Positions 11,988 to 21,165 are shown, counted from the stretch's first letter. The stretch: DNA of 64,000 bases from an uncultured Verrucomicrobiota bacterium (GCA_964458325.1 CAYWIM010000001.1:76962-140961), one strand, 5' to 3'. Notes: generated by a model from the sequence alone, not told the origin. Translations and numbers: made by a program.

Positions 11988-12015
11988 GAATGACGAATGG
12001 CGAATGACGAATGAC
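11988..12015. repeat. Four tandem heptamers GAATGAC/GAATGGC
   Basis: Read directly: gaatgac gaatggc gaatgac gaatgac, in the spacer between moxR and the AAA_14 ATPase gene. Confidence 0.9.
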
Positions 12016-12054
12016 GGAAAGGGGTTGCTTTCTTACGGCGCTGAGGGGTAGGGG

Positions 12055-12069
12055 CGCGACGCTGTCGCG
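12055..12069. repeat. Hairpin motif CGCGAC-GCT-GTCGCG, copy 1
   Basis: An exact 15-mer that is also present at 12248-12262. It can fold as a 6-bp stem with a 3-nt loop. Confidence 0.85.
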
Positions 12070-12194
12070 TCCGGTTGTCGGCCAACATTTGCATCTCCTT
12101 GATGGCGTAGCCGCAGCTTTCAAGCGCGATTTTACCTCACCACGAAGGTCAGGACACGAAGTAGCATCCAGCTGCAGGCCCCGGATTCTTGCCC

Positions 12195-12220
12195 GCGGAA
12201 TGACGCGGAATGACGCGGAA
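12195..12220. repeat. Tandem decamer GCGGAATGAC x2.6
   Basis: gcggaatgac gcggaatgac gcggaa. It shares the GGAATGAC core with the heptamer array at 11988-12015. Confidence 0.9.
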
Positions 12221-12247
12221 ATATTGATGCCCTTGGAATGGCAGGGA

Positions 12248-12262
12248 CGCGACGCTGTCGCG
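12248..12262. repeat. Hairpin motif CGCGAC-GCT-GTCGCG, copy 2
   Basis: Exact repeat of 12055-12069. Confidence 0.85.
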
Positions 12263-12372
12263 CGCGCCGATTGGCCTTGAAAGCGGAAGTATCGCCGACT
12301 TTCTAGTCGGCATAAATCCACGCCGGGAGGGAACGATCGCGTGGATCAGTTTGTCCAACCACTGCCTACCCT

Positions 12373-13569
12373 TCAGGTCATCCAGCGCCAAGCGGGAATG
12401 ACTTCGATCGAAACACCATCTTCGCGCAAGTGGTCGGCCTGGTCGAGGGTCAGAACCAGAGCTCTGCGTTTGCCCGGCAGGCGTGCGCCTTCGATGGCGC
12501 CGCGCAGCTCGCGCTTGCGATTGGCCGGGGTGAGCTCGAGACAGACCTGGATGGCGGCTTCCCGGGTCACGAAATCGCATTCCCACAAGTCGCGCTCGCC
12601 CGCGTAGTGGAGGTCTCGAGCGGCGCGGCGGAGATGCAGGGCCACCGCATTCTCGAGCCGATGCCCCAAGTCAGGCTGTGTCTGGGGCGAGCTGGCGCGG
12701 CGCAGCCCGTTGTCGATGGCGTAGTACTTCGAGGGGGCAACCACTCGCTGCTTGAACGAGGCGCTGAACTTCGGCACGGCGAACAACAGATAGGCGTCCT
12801 GGAGGTATTCCACGTAACGCGACGTCTGTCCGACGGTGGGGACAGCGAGGTTCTTGGTCAGGGCCTGAAACGAGAAGGGCTGCCCGGTGTTGGCGAGCAG
12901 GAAGAGGAGCAGGTTCATCACATGGCGGGTTTCGCGCAGTCCATGACGCGCGGCCACGTCGCGCTGGACAACGTCCCGCAGCAGCTCCTGGAGAACCGGA
13001 TCGAGCCGCTCGCGCAAATAGACCGGGAAACCGCCCTCGTCCAGATAGGCGCGGAACGATTCGGCGCCGCGTTTTTTCCCAGTGAAGACCAGATACTCGG
13101 CGTAGCTGAACGGGAACACCTCGAACGATAGATGCCGGCCGGTGAGTTTGGATCCCAGCTCGCGGCCCAGCAGCGAGGCGTTCGAACCCGTCAAACAGAC
13201 CGCGCGTCCTCGATCCACCAGCGTCCGCACCAGTCGCTGCCATTCCTGGATCTCCTGCACATCATCCAGGAACAATGGTTGATCGAACCCCGCCAGCTCA
13301 TCGAGGACGGACAAAAAAGTCGGGAAATCTTCGGGACCAAGCCCAAACAGGCGGGTGTCCTCGAAGTTGCAGTAGAATGCGTTTTTGGCCCGGCGCATCA
13401 GCTGGTTCTGGAGCGTGCTCTTGCCGCAACGCCGCACGCCGGTCAGGACGATCGCCTGCGAGCCGCGGATCGTGAGCTGGGAGAGCATCTCCCGCTCGAC
13501 CTCCGGCCGCGGTGGCGGCGGCGTGAAAGGGGCGCGCAGGACGGACCATAGTGTATCTCGTAATATCAT
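12373..13569 (-). CDS. AAA_14 / DUF4143-type ATPase
   Basis: 398 aa with Walker A GVRRCGKST and Walker B PLFLDDVQEI. The C-terminal pattern AVPKFSAS...KYYAIDNGL...GHRLENAV...YAGERDLWECDFV is typical of the DUF4143 region. Confidence 0.75.
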   Translation of the reverse strand: MILRDTLWSVLRAPFTPPPPRPEVEREMLSQLTIRGSQAIVLTGVRRCGKSTLQNQLMRRAKNAFYCNFEDTRLFGLGPEDFPTFLSVLDELAGFDQPLFLDDVQEIQEWQRLVRTLVDRGRAVCLTGSNASLLGRELGSKLTGRHLSFEVFPFSYAEYLVFTGKKRGAESFRAYLDEGGFPVYLRERLDPVLQELLRDVVQRDVAARHGLRETRHVMNLLLFLLANTGQPFSFQALTKNLAVPTVGQTSRYVEYLQDAYLLFAVPKFSASFKQRVVAPSKYYAIDNGLRRASSPQTQPDLGHRLENAVALHLRRAARDLHYAGERDLWECDFVTREAAIQVCLELTPANRKRELRGAIEGARLPGKRRALVLTLDQADHLREDGVSIEVIPAWRWMT

Positions 13570-13770
13570 AATAATGTCATATCGTATAATACAGGTCCGC
13601 TGTCAACTGTCGCATTGGTGATTCGGGTGCGATGTCACTTGCCAGAAACCTGCAAGCGGTGAGTCGATTCGCCCTGGAGGAGAATTCATTCAAGTGTCAT
13701 TCTCGCGCGGAGAAAGGCCGATTATTTTGCCGCAAGAGAACGCAAAGAAACGCAAAAAGGGAGGGCAAAA

Positions 13771-13827
13771 CTATGAACCTGTCACTCTATACAGAAATTC
13801 GTGCCAACTATGAACCTGTCACTCTAT
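13771..13827. repeat. Two direct copies of CTATGAACCTGTCACTCTAT separated by 17 nt
   Basis: The exact 20-mer occurs at 13771-13790 and 13808-13827, and both copies are preceded by AA. The region is non-coding, between the response-regulator stop and the AAA_14 gene start. Confidence 0.85.
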
Positions 13828-13915
13828 GCGTCGGCTTGGGAATGGAGAGCGATCGAGCGAAGCGCCGAATCAGGCCAGGATTTGGCGGGCGGTGGCGCGG
13901 GGGGGGGCGGATGCG

Positions 13916-15292
13916 TCAGGGCGCGTCGATCTCGAAGCCGAGGCCTTTGAGGTGCTGGAGCTTGTAGAGGAGGGCGCGGCGGCTGATGCCGAGGGCGCGG
14001 GCGGTCTCGGTGCGGTTGAAATGGTTGGCGCGGAGGGCCTGGAGAATGGCGTGGCGCTCGATGTCTTCGAGGCGGGCGGACTCGGCGGCGGGATCGGGAA
14101 CCGCGTCGGGGACGGATTGAAGGATGCGAGCGGGGAGGTGATCGGGAAGGATGAGCTCGCCGCGGGCGAGGAGGGTGGCTCGCTCCATGGCATTGCGGAG
14201 CTCGCGGACATTGCCGGGCCAGCGGTAGCGTTCGAGGAGGCTGACGACGGCGGGGGAGAGGCGGGCTTTGCCCTGGGTAAACTCGGCGATGAAGAGGCTG
14301 GCGAGGGGGATGATATCTTCGCGGCGCTCGTGGAGGGGCGGAACGCGGATCTCCATGACGTTGAGGCGGAAGAAGAGGTCCTGTCGGAACCGGCCTTGCT
14401 GGACTTCGAGTTCGAGGTCGCGGTTGGTGGCGGCGAGGATGCGGGCGTTGGTGAGGCGGTCGCGGTTGTTGCCGATGCGCTGGAAGGTGCCGTCCTGGGT
14501 GATGCGGAGGAGCTTGGCCTGGAGGGCGGGCGAGAGCTCGGCGATTTCGTCGAGGAGGATCGTGCCGTCGTGGGCTTCCTCGAAGCGTCCGACGCGCGGC
14601 GCGAAGGCGCCGGTGAACGCGCCCTTTTCGTGTCCGAAGAGCTCGCTTTCGAGGAGGGTTTCGGGGATAGCGGCGCAATTGATTTTGACGAGGGGCCCGG
14701 CGGATCGGCGGCTCCACTGGTGGATGAGGTCGGCGACAACCTCCTTGCCGACGCCGCTTTCGCCGGTGATGAGGATGCGGCTATCGGAATCGGCGACGAG
14801 GGCGGCGTCGCGGAACACGGCCCGGGTGGCGGGGCTGGCGGCGACGAAGTGGGGGGGGATCTGTTTGGAATCGGCGACGAGGAGGGGAGGGCTGACATCG
14901 AGGCCGAGGGCGGTTCGGGCGAGGGCGAGGAGCTCGTCGAGGTCGATGGGTTTGACGAGGTAATCGACGGCGCCGTCGCGCATGGCGCCGACGGCATCGC
15001 GCACATCGGCGAAGGCGGTGACGAGGAGGACGGGGAGGGTGGCGTGTTCCTGGCGGGCGCGGCGGAGGGTTTCGAGCCCGCTGATGCCGGGCATGCGGAC
15101 GTCGGAGATCATGAGGTGGACGGGCTCGCGCTGGAGGAGATCGAGGGCGGATTCGCCGTGGGTGGCCAGGAGCGTGTCGAATCCCTGGCCGCGGAGGAAG
15201 GAGTCGAGGAGGCTGCGCTGGCCGGGGTCGTCGTCGACGATGAGGATCCGCGGATGGGCCGGGGGCGAGAGGTGCGGAGGGGGTCGGGTCAT
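13916..15292 (-). CDS. Sigma-54-dependent response regulator (NtrC family)
   Basis: The ATG at 15292 overlaps the kinase stop (ATGA). It has a receiver domain (ILIVDDD...LMISDVRMPG), an AAA+ domain (GESGVGKE, ESELFGHEKGAFTGA) and a C-terminal HTH (TARALGISRRALLYKL). Confidence 0.85.
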   Translation of the reverse strand: MTRPPPHLSPPAHPRILIVDDDPGQRSLLDSFLRGQGFDTLLATHGESALDLLQREPVHLMISDVRMPGISGLETLRRARQEHATLPVLLVTAFADVRDAVGAMRDGAVDYLVKPIDLDELLALARTALGLDVSPPLLVADSKQIPPHFVAASPATRAVFRDAALVADSDSRILITGESGVGKEVVADLIHQWSRRSAGPLVKINCAAIPETLLESELFGHEKGAFTGAFAPRVGRFEEAHDGTILLDEIAELSPALQAKLLRITQDGTFQRIGNNRDRLTNARILAATNRDLELEVQQGRFRQDLFFRLNVMEIRVPPLHERREDIIPLASLFIAEFTQGKARLSPAVVSLLERYRWPGNVRELRNAMERATLLARGELILPDHLPARILQSVPDAVPDPAAESARLEDIERHAILQALRANHFNRTETARALGISRRALLYKLQHLKGLGFEIDAP

Positions 15293-16926
15293 GACCGTCG
15301 GGGCAGGACGAGCTCGAGGCGGCTCAGGCGGAAGGTGGCGCCGCCGCCGGGGCGGTCGAGGCATTCGACCTCCCAGCCGTGGGCGAGGACGATCTGCTTG
15401 ACGACGGCAAGGCCCAGTCCGGTGCCCTGATTCCGGGTGGTGAAGTAGGGGCGAAAGATCTCGGCGCGCTGTTCGGGAGGAACGCCGGGGCCGTTGTCGT
15501 GGATATCGATGTTGGCTTCGGCGGGCAGGACTTTGCGGGCGACGATCTGGATCTGGCCGCTCGAGGCGACGGCCTGGATGGCATTGAGGAGGAGATTGAA
15601 GAGGGCCTGGCGCAGGAGGGGTTGGTCGGCGTTGACGGTGAGCTGGGCATCGACGACCTCGAGCTGGATGGACTTGTCTTCGATGTCGCTCTTGAGAGCG
15701 CGGACGACGTCGCCGACCACGGCATCGAGGGCGACGGGAGAGCGGCGGACCTCGCGGGGTTTGGAGTAATTGATGAACTCGTTGAGCTGGACGGTGACGC
15801 GGTCGACCTCGTCGGTGATCTCGAGCGATTTGGCGCGGATGGTTTGGGGTGTATCGGAGCTTTTGGCGATCATCTGGGCGAGGCCGCGAATGATGTTGAG
15901 CGGATTGCGGGTTTCATGGGCGAGGCCAGCGGCGGCGACATTCATTTCGCGGAGGTGGGTGTTCTGCTCGCTGGCGCGGACAAGGCGCATCTGGTATTCG
16001 GAGGATTTGACCAGGGTGCGCCATGCGAAGGCGAAACCGGCGGCGGCGATTGCGGCGAAGCCGGTGATGATGGTGCGGAGCCAGAGGTCGCGGGTGCGGG
16101 CGGACAGGTAATCGCTGGTGGAGAGGACCATGGCGAGGCCGTGCAGGCCTTTTTGCTCGATGAGGGCTTTGTATTCGTCGGGGTTCATCCAGGGGGGGCG
16201 CCAGAAGCCGGGGGGTTCGCGGGATGGCTGGCCCGGCTCGCTGCGGCTGCCGCGATTCTGTCGAGAGTCGGGTCCGCCGGGCGGCTCGGGGGATGGGCGC
16301 GGGTTATGGGAATCGCGGGGCTCGCGGAGTTGGCCCGACGGGCCGGGGGCGGCTTCCGACGGGCGCGATTCTCCGGGTTCAGCGGAGGCGACGACATTGG
16401 AGAGGCTGTTGGTTTCGGGGCGGCGGGGCCAAGGGCCGGGCGGGGGGAATCGGCTCCGGGGATCGCGGCGTCCCGGGTCGGGCTCCGGCATGACGATGGT
16501 GGGGGAGGCATTGGTGCCATCGGGAGGGACGATGGCGCCGAGGTCGACCAGGTTGACGACCGTGACGGACTGGCGGTCCCAGCGGACGCCGGACTGGGGC
16601 ATGCCGGCGGCGCCGAGGTCGACGGATTCACCGGCGGCGGTGATGACCTCGCCGACGGCGTTGAGGAGCACGACGCCTTTGAGCTCCTCGGACTGGACGA
16701 GCTCGTTGAGGGCGGATTCGAGCCGGGGTTTGGAGACCATGCCGCCGAACCGGCGCTGGGATCGGATGACCAGGCCGAGAGTGCCGGTGATGTCGCGGGC
16801 GCGCCGGATGACGGTTTCCCTGGCGGATCGCTTGAAGCGCTGGTGTTCGAGGGCCTGCCAGAGAAACACCAGGACCCACAAGGCCAGGAGCAGACGGAAC
16901 ACCCAGTTGGCTCGCGGCAGGATCAT
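15289..16926 (-). CDS. Sensor histidine kinase (two TM segments, HisKA + HATPase_c)
   Basis: H-box LAHETRNPLNIIRGL, N-box LLNAIQA, and G-boxes DNGPGV and GTGLGLAVV. The TM segments are VFRLLLALWVLVFLW and IITGFAAIAAAGFAFAW. The ATG at 16926 overlaps the secretin gene stop. Confidence 0.85.
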   Translation of the reverse strand: MILPRANWVFRLLLALWVLVFLWQALEHQRFKRSARETVIRRARDITGTLGLVIRSQRRFGGMVSKPRLESALNELVQSEELKGVVLLNAVGEVITAAGESVDLGAAGMPQSGVRWDRQSVTVVNLVDLGAIVPPDGTNASPTIVMPEPDPGRRDPRSRFPPPGPWPRRPETNSLSNVVASAEPGESRPSEAAPGPSGQLREPRDSHNPRPSPEPPGGPDSRQNRGSRSEPGQPSREPPGFWRPPWMNPDEYKALIEQKGLHGLAMVLSTSDYLSARTRDLWLRTIITGFAAIAAAGFAFAWRTLVKSSEYQMRLVRASEQNTHLREMNVAAAGLAHETRNPLNIIRGLAQMIAKSSDTPQTIRAKSLEITDEVDRVTVQLNEFINYSKPREVRRSPVALDAVVGDVVRALKSDIEDKSIQLEVVDAQLTVNADQPLLRQALFNLLLNAIQAVASSGQIQIVARKVLPAEANIDIHDNGPGVPPEQRAEIFRPYFTTRNQGTGLGLAVVKQIVLAHGWEVECLDRPGGGATFRLSRLELVLPRRS

Positions 16927-18140
16927 GGGGTCATCTGGGCTCCCCGGCTGCCTGCGGAGGGGGCGGGCCGGCTGCTGGATTTCTTGCGGGTCGAGGGCGG
17001 CACTTCGATCAGCTCGTTCGGGTCGGCGGCCTTGACCGGCAGGGCATCGATGAACCGGTCCAATTCCTGTGAGGAGAAAGCCTGGGGGACCAGCTGGGCC
17101 TGTTGGCGTTCATGGTTTGTCAAGGCGGCGACTTCCGTAGGCTGGTTAACAATATGCGGGGTGAGGATGATGATCAACTCTGTTTTCGCGTTCGATTTGA
17201 TGGTTCTCCGGAAGGCCAGTCCCAGGAGGGGGATATCGCCCAGGAGGGGGATTTTGCGGACAGATTCGGTTTGTTGGTTTTCCATGAGGCCGCCGATGAT
17301 GATGGGATGGCCGTTGGGTGTGACGACCACGGTCTCGGCGGAGCGTTTGGCGATGACGAAGGCATCGACGGTTTCGGAGATGGGAACGGTTTGATCGGTG
17401 AGCGTCGAGATTTCGGGGGCGACGATCATCTCGACGAGGCCGTCGGAGGTGATGAAGGGGGTGACGCGGAGGATGATGCCGATATCCTGGTATTGGACCG
17501 TATTGATCGTCTGGCCGTTGTCGGTGATGCGGGTATCGGTGATATAGGGGATTTCCTGGCCGACGGTGATGACGGCCTCCTGGTTATTGCGGGCCATGAT
17601 GGAGGGGCGGGAGAGGACCTCGGTTTTGCCGGCGGAGGCGATGGCGCGGGCGATGACCTGGAAATCGTCGCTGAGGATCTTGTAAAAGCCGGCGCCGCCG
17701 AACTCCAAGGGCACGGTATTCAATCCAAACAACGAGCTCAGGTCGTTGGTGGTGTTGCCGCTATTGACGTGGGTGAATTGGCCCTGGACGCCGATATCGG
17801 ATCCCTTGTTATGGGTGACCTCAAGGAACACGACCTTGATGAGGACCTGGGGCTTGGGGCGGTCGAGGTTGGTGATCACCTGGCTGATGTGGAGGTTGGT
17901 CTCCTCGTCGGTGATTACGATGAGGCGGCGGGTTTCGGGGTCGCTGGTGATCGTGGCCTCGCCGATCTCGCCGGAGCTGTTATAGGTGCGGGTGCTCGAG
18001 GAGGAGCCCGATCGCCGGCTGGTGGTGCTGCCTCCGAAACCGCCGCCGCCGAAGAACTGAGCTTCGAGCGCAGGCGCGGCCGCCAGAATGAGACCGAGCG
18101 CGAGGGCCAGCCGGGCTCGTGGATAGGCGAGGTGTGACAT
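16923..18140 (-). CDS. gspD: Secretin-domain protein (C-terminal half of a GspD-like secretin) with its own signal-peptide-like N-terminus
   Basis: It begins MSHLAYPRARLALALGLILAAAPALEAQ, followed by one Secretin_N-like module (ITSDPETRRLIVITDEETNLHISQVITNLD). The secretin core follows (LSRPSIMARNNQEAVITVGQEIPY...IKIPLLGDIPLLGLAFR...ELIIILTPHIV). Confidence 0.75.
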   Translation of the reverse strand: MSHLAYPRARLALALGLILAAAPALEAQFFGGGGFGGSTTSRRSGSSSSTRTYNSSGEIGEATITSDPETRRLIVITDEETNLHISQVITNLDRPKPQVLIKVVFLEVTHNKGSDIGVQGQFTHVNSGNTTNDLSSLFGLNTVPLEFGGAGFYKILSDDFQVIARAIASAGKTEVLSRPSIMARNNQEAVITVGQEIPYITDTRITDNGQTINTVQYQDIGIILRVTPFITSDGLVEMIVAPEISTLTDQTVPISETVDAFVIAKRSAETVVVTPNGHPIIIGGLMENQQTESVRKIPLLGDIPLLGLAFRRTIKSNAKTELIIILTPHIVNQPTEVAALTNHERQQAQLVPQAFSSQELDRFIDALPVKAADPNELIEVPPSTRKKSSSRPAPSAGSRGAQMTP

Positions 18141-18176
18141 AATCGATGGGTGGTTTGGCGGGGTGAACTGGTGGGT

Positions 18177-19895
18177 TTAGCGGGAGCCGCTCGAGCTGCT
18201 GTTCCTCGCGCCGGTGCGGTTGCCGGAGCTGGTGCCCTGGCCGAAGCTGGATCGATTGCTGAACGGGTTTTGGGTTTGGGTGCCGGTGGTGGTGCGCCGG
18301 TTGTTGTTCCGCGTGTTTTGCCCCTCGAACATGTTGCGGAGGATCTCCTCGACGCTGGCGACATCGGCGTTTTCGAGCGAATAGACGAACACCTTCTGTC
18401 GTTTGGCGTCGCTGGAGTCGAGCTGGGCAATCATGGCGGCGATCTGGGGCATCATTTCGCTCGAAGCGCTGACCACGATCGAGGAGGTGCGCTGGTCGGG
18501 GACGGCGACGACCTGGCCTTTTTTCTTGGCGCGATCGCTGGTCGAGGTCGAGCCGGAGCCTCCGCCGAACATGCCGCCGGGGCCGCCGGGGCCGCGGAAC
18601 TGGAAAGCGGAACGGCCGCTGGTCGAGGTGGTGGTCGGGAAGAGGCTCGTGAGGAGGTCGGCGGTTTCGACGGGGTCGGCGAAGCTCAGGTGGAACACGC
18701 GGAGCTCGGTGATGTCTTCGGCGTTGGTGTCGATTTCGCGGACGAGCTCTTCGATGGTCGAGATGTATTCATCCGGGGCGCTGACGACGAGCGAGTTGGT
18801 GCGCTCGTCGGCGACGGCGGCGACGCGGGAGGCGGCGCGGCGGGCCTCGCTGACGCCGGTGCTGGTGGGGGCATTGCCCTGGCCGCCGCCCCGGTCCCCG
18901 CCGGGGCCGCCGCCGAAACGGGCCATGAACTCGGCGCGGGGATCGTTGCCGCGGGTGCTGGTGTTCTGGGTGGGAAAGAGCTCCTTGACGATATTGGCGA
19001 GCTCCTTGGCATCGGCGTAGGCGAGCGGGAAGACGCGGATGGCGGAGATACTGGAGATGGAGGTATCGAGGGCTTTGACGATCTGGACCATGCGGCGGAT
19101 GTCGGCCTGAGTATCGGTGAGGACGATGGCATTGCCGCTTTCGTTGGCGGTCATGTTGGCGTAGGAGGGGAGAAGCGGCTGGAGATCCTTGGTCATCTGG
19201 AGGGCGTTGGCGTAGCGGATGGGGACGATGTGGGTGACCATTTCGTCATTCTTGGGGATGGCTTCGGGATCGGCGCCGATGCGGACGGGGATATCGCGTT
19301 TCTTGGCCTCGTCGCGGCTGACGATGGTGAGGGTGCGGTCGTTGCGGACGGCGGCGTAGCCGTTCTTGTTGAGGACAGTATTGAGGAGGTTGATGGCCTC
19401 GTCCTGGGTGAGGGGCTGGTAGCTCCAGGCATCGACGCGGCCGCGGACCTCGGTTTCCTTGACGATGATGAGGCCGGTGGCCTTGCTGATGTAATCCAGC
19501 ACGGTATCGAGCGGCACGCCGCGGAAGTTGAACCGGAGGCCTTTTTCGCCGTTGGCGGCGGTGAGATCGACGGGAGGCGGCTGGGCAGGGGGCGCACTCG
19601 GCGCGGCCGTGTCGGGCGGCGCCGGCGGGGGGGCAGCCTGGGGTGCCGATGGGGCCGAGCCGGCCTCGGGTGCGGCAGCGGGGGCGGCAGCGGGGGCGGC
19701 AGCGGGCGGGCTGTCGGGAGGATTGTTCGTGGGCGCCGGGCTTGGGGGCGCGGGGGTCTCGGGCTGGGGCGCCGCGGACACGGTGACCGTGGTTTGCGGT
19801 CCGGGGGGCGCGGCATTATCGGTTGTTTGAGCGGCGATCGGGGAAGCGACGATGGCGATCGCAGCGGCCAGCAGCCATGCGTTGACGGGTTTCAT
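18177..19895 (-). CDS. gspD: Secretin N-domain protein (N0/N1-N3-like half of GspD), ends in an S/G/N-rich tail
   Basis: It has a signal peptide (MKPVNAWLLAAAIAIVASPIAA), a Pro/Ala-rich linker and an N0-like block (FNFRGVPLDTVLDYISKATGLIIV). It also has repeated Secretin_N-like blocks (NAIVLTDTQADIRRMVQIVKALD, TNSLVVSAPDEYISTIEELVREID, TSSIVVSASSEMMPQIAAMIAQLD). No secretin core is present. Confidence 0.7.
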   Translation of the reverse strand: MKPVNAWLLAAAIAIVASPIAAQTTDNAAPPGPQTTVTVSAAPQPETPAPPSPAPTNNPPDSPPAAAPAAAPAAAPEAGSAPSAPQAAPPPAPPDTAAPSAPPAQPPPVDLTAANGEKGLRFNFRGVPLDTVLDYISKATGLIIVKETEVRGRVDAWSYQPLTQDEAINLLNTVLNKNGYAAVRNDRTLTIVSRDEAKKRDIPVRIGADPEAIPKNDEMVTHIVPIRYANALQMTKDLQPLLPSYANMTANESGNAIVLTDTQADIRRMVQIVKALDTSISSISAIRVFPLAYADAKELANIVKELFPTQNTSTRGNDPRAEFMARFGGGPGGDRGGGQGNAPTSTGVSEARRAASRVAAVADERTNSLVVSAPDEYISTIEELVREIDTNAEDITELRVFHLSFADPVETADLLTSLFPTTTSTSGRSAFQFRGPGGPGGMFGGGSGSTSTSDRAKKKGQVVAVPDQRTSSIVVSASSEMMPQIAAMIAQLDSSDAKRQKVFVYSLENADVASVEEILRNMFEGQNTRNNNRRTTTGTQTQNPFSNRSSFGQGTSSGNRTGARNSSSSGSR

Positions 19896-20635
19896 CAGTT
19901 GATCTCCTGTTGTCGTTTTTCCATGAGACGTTTGAGGACTTCATCCTCGCTGGCGCCACTCGAGGCACTGCTCGGAGGGGCGGCTTCGGCGGCGGGGCTT
20001 GGTGCGGTGAGGGAAGGCTGGGAATCGGATTCGCCCCCGCGGTCGCGGCGGGAGGATCGGCGGAAAGCATCGGCGGCGGCGGGGATGGAAGGGAAAGCGC
20101 CGGGCGCCGGGATCGAGAAGGAAGGGCGATCGGGCGGGCGGGTGGGGGTGCGATCGGATTCGGGGGCGGGCGCCAGGGCGGCGAGCTGCCAGGCGCCGCC
20201 TTCGGCGCGCTGCATCTGGAGGTCCATGGTGAGCTCGAAATGGTTGCTGGGCGAGCGGAGGCAGACTCGATCGGGGGTGATGAACTCGACCTGGAGATCG
20301 CCGAGGCGTTCGGACGGTTTGAGGGCCGTTTGGTAGCGGGATTCGCTGCCGTCGAAGAAGGCGAACGATCCGGTTTCGGAGATCAGGGTTCCGACCAGGG
20401 TGAACCGTTCGACGCGGGCGGTCCGGGGCGGCTCGATGCGGGCGCCGGGAGGGGGCGGGGGGCGGCGGTTGGGATTGAAAATGTTGCGATCGAGGATGAG
20501 CTGGAACGTGGAGAAATTGCGGGGGTCGGCGGGGGCATTGGATGCCTGGGCAGCGGCGAGCGTGGAGGGGATCAGGCAGCCGATCAGGAGCAAGGCGGCG
20601 ACGCGGAGATCGCGATGGGGGGCGGTGGGGCTCAT
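19895..20635 (-). CDS. GspC/PilP-like periplasmic T2SS component
   Basis: The ATG at 20635 (MSPTAPHRDLRVAALLLIGCL...) overlaps the upstream stop. It has a signal/TM segment and FTLVGTLISETGSFAFFDGS...LGDLQVEFITPDRVCL, which resembles the HR/PilP fold pattern. The call rests mainly on gene position. Confidence 0.4.
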   Translation of the reverse strand: MSPTAPHRDLRVAALLLIGCLIPSTLAAAQASNAPADPRNFSTFQLILDRNIFNPNRRPPPPPGARIEPPRTARVERFTLVGTLISETGSFAFFDGSESRYQTALKPSERLGDLQVEFITPDRVCLRSPSNHFELTMDLQMQRAEGGAWQLAALAPAPESDRTPTRPPDRPSFSIPAPGAFPSIPAAADAFRRSSRRDRGGESDSQPSLTAPSPAAEAAPPSSASSGASEDEVLKRLMEKRQQEIN

Positions 20636-21165
20636 GGGTTTTTCTCCGTGAGGAGCAGGCCGCTGAAGCGGACGGCGAGCGAGAGCTGCTGGCCTTCGTT
20701 GTCGCGCGAGGTGATCTCGATCTCCTCGATTTTGAGGGCGAGCGGATCGGTTTCGAGCTCGTGGAGGAATCGGGCGACGGACGACAGGTTGCCGAAGGCA
20801 TCGGCGCGGCACTCGAGGGTTTTGAATTCGGGGCTGGGCTCTTTCCACTGGGGTTTGATGGAGGTGAAGCTGATGCGGCTGGCCTGGGCCCAGCGGTCGA
20901 CGGCTTTCAAGACCGAGTTTTCCGCTGCGGAGACGGTGGCGGGCAGCGTGTTGGTTTCCATCATCGACCAACGTTCGCGTATGGTCTGTTCGCGGTCCAG
21001 CAACAAAGCGCCTTTTTGGATGGATTTCTGGAGGGATACGACGCGGGCGGAGCGTGCTTTCCAGGCCTGGGTGAGCGGGGTGAGCACGAGGCGGTCGCCG
21101 ACCAGGAGCGCGACGATGGCGATGGCGGCGATGGCGAGGAGATGTTCGCGGCTTTTAATCTTCAT
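20632..21165 (-). CDS. GspM/PilO-like bitopic membrane protein
   Basis: ATG at 21165 (MKIKSREHLLAIAAIAIVALLV...), 177 aa, with a single N-terminal TM segment and a periplasmic alpha/beta region. The call rests on position in the operon. Confidence 0.4.
   Translation of the reverse strand: MKIKSREHLLAIAAIAIVALLVGDRLVLTPLTQAWKARSARVVSLQKSIQKGALLLDREQTIRERWSMMETNTLPATVSAAENSVLKAVDRWAQASRISFTSIKPQWKEPSPEFKTLECRADAFGNLSSVARFLHELETDPLALKIEEIEITSRDNEGQQLSLAVRFSGLLLTEKNP

Noticed and set aside
11988-12220. Possible CRISPR array, because of the short repeats
   Set aside because: The units are 7-10 nt and directly tandem, with no spacers. There are no 25-40-nt repeats and no cas genes in the window.
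13801-13807. TTGGCAC on the minus strand, a sigma-54 -24-like element near the NtrC-type regulator gene
   Set aside because: At the required spacing the downstream sequence is TCTGT and lacks the -12 GC dinucleotide. I therefore do not consider it a credible -24/-12 promoter.
13632-13967. 111-aa plus-strand ORF in the spacer between the AAA_14 gene and the response regulator
   Set aside because: It spans the direct repeats and runs antisense into the regulator gene. Its basic low-complexity translation has no motif, so it is probably non-coding.
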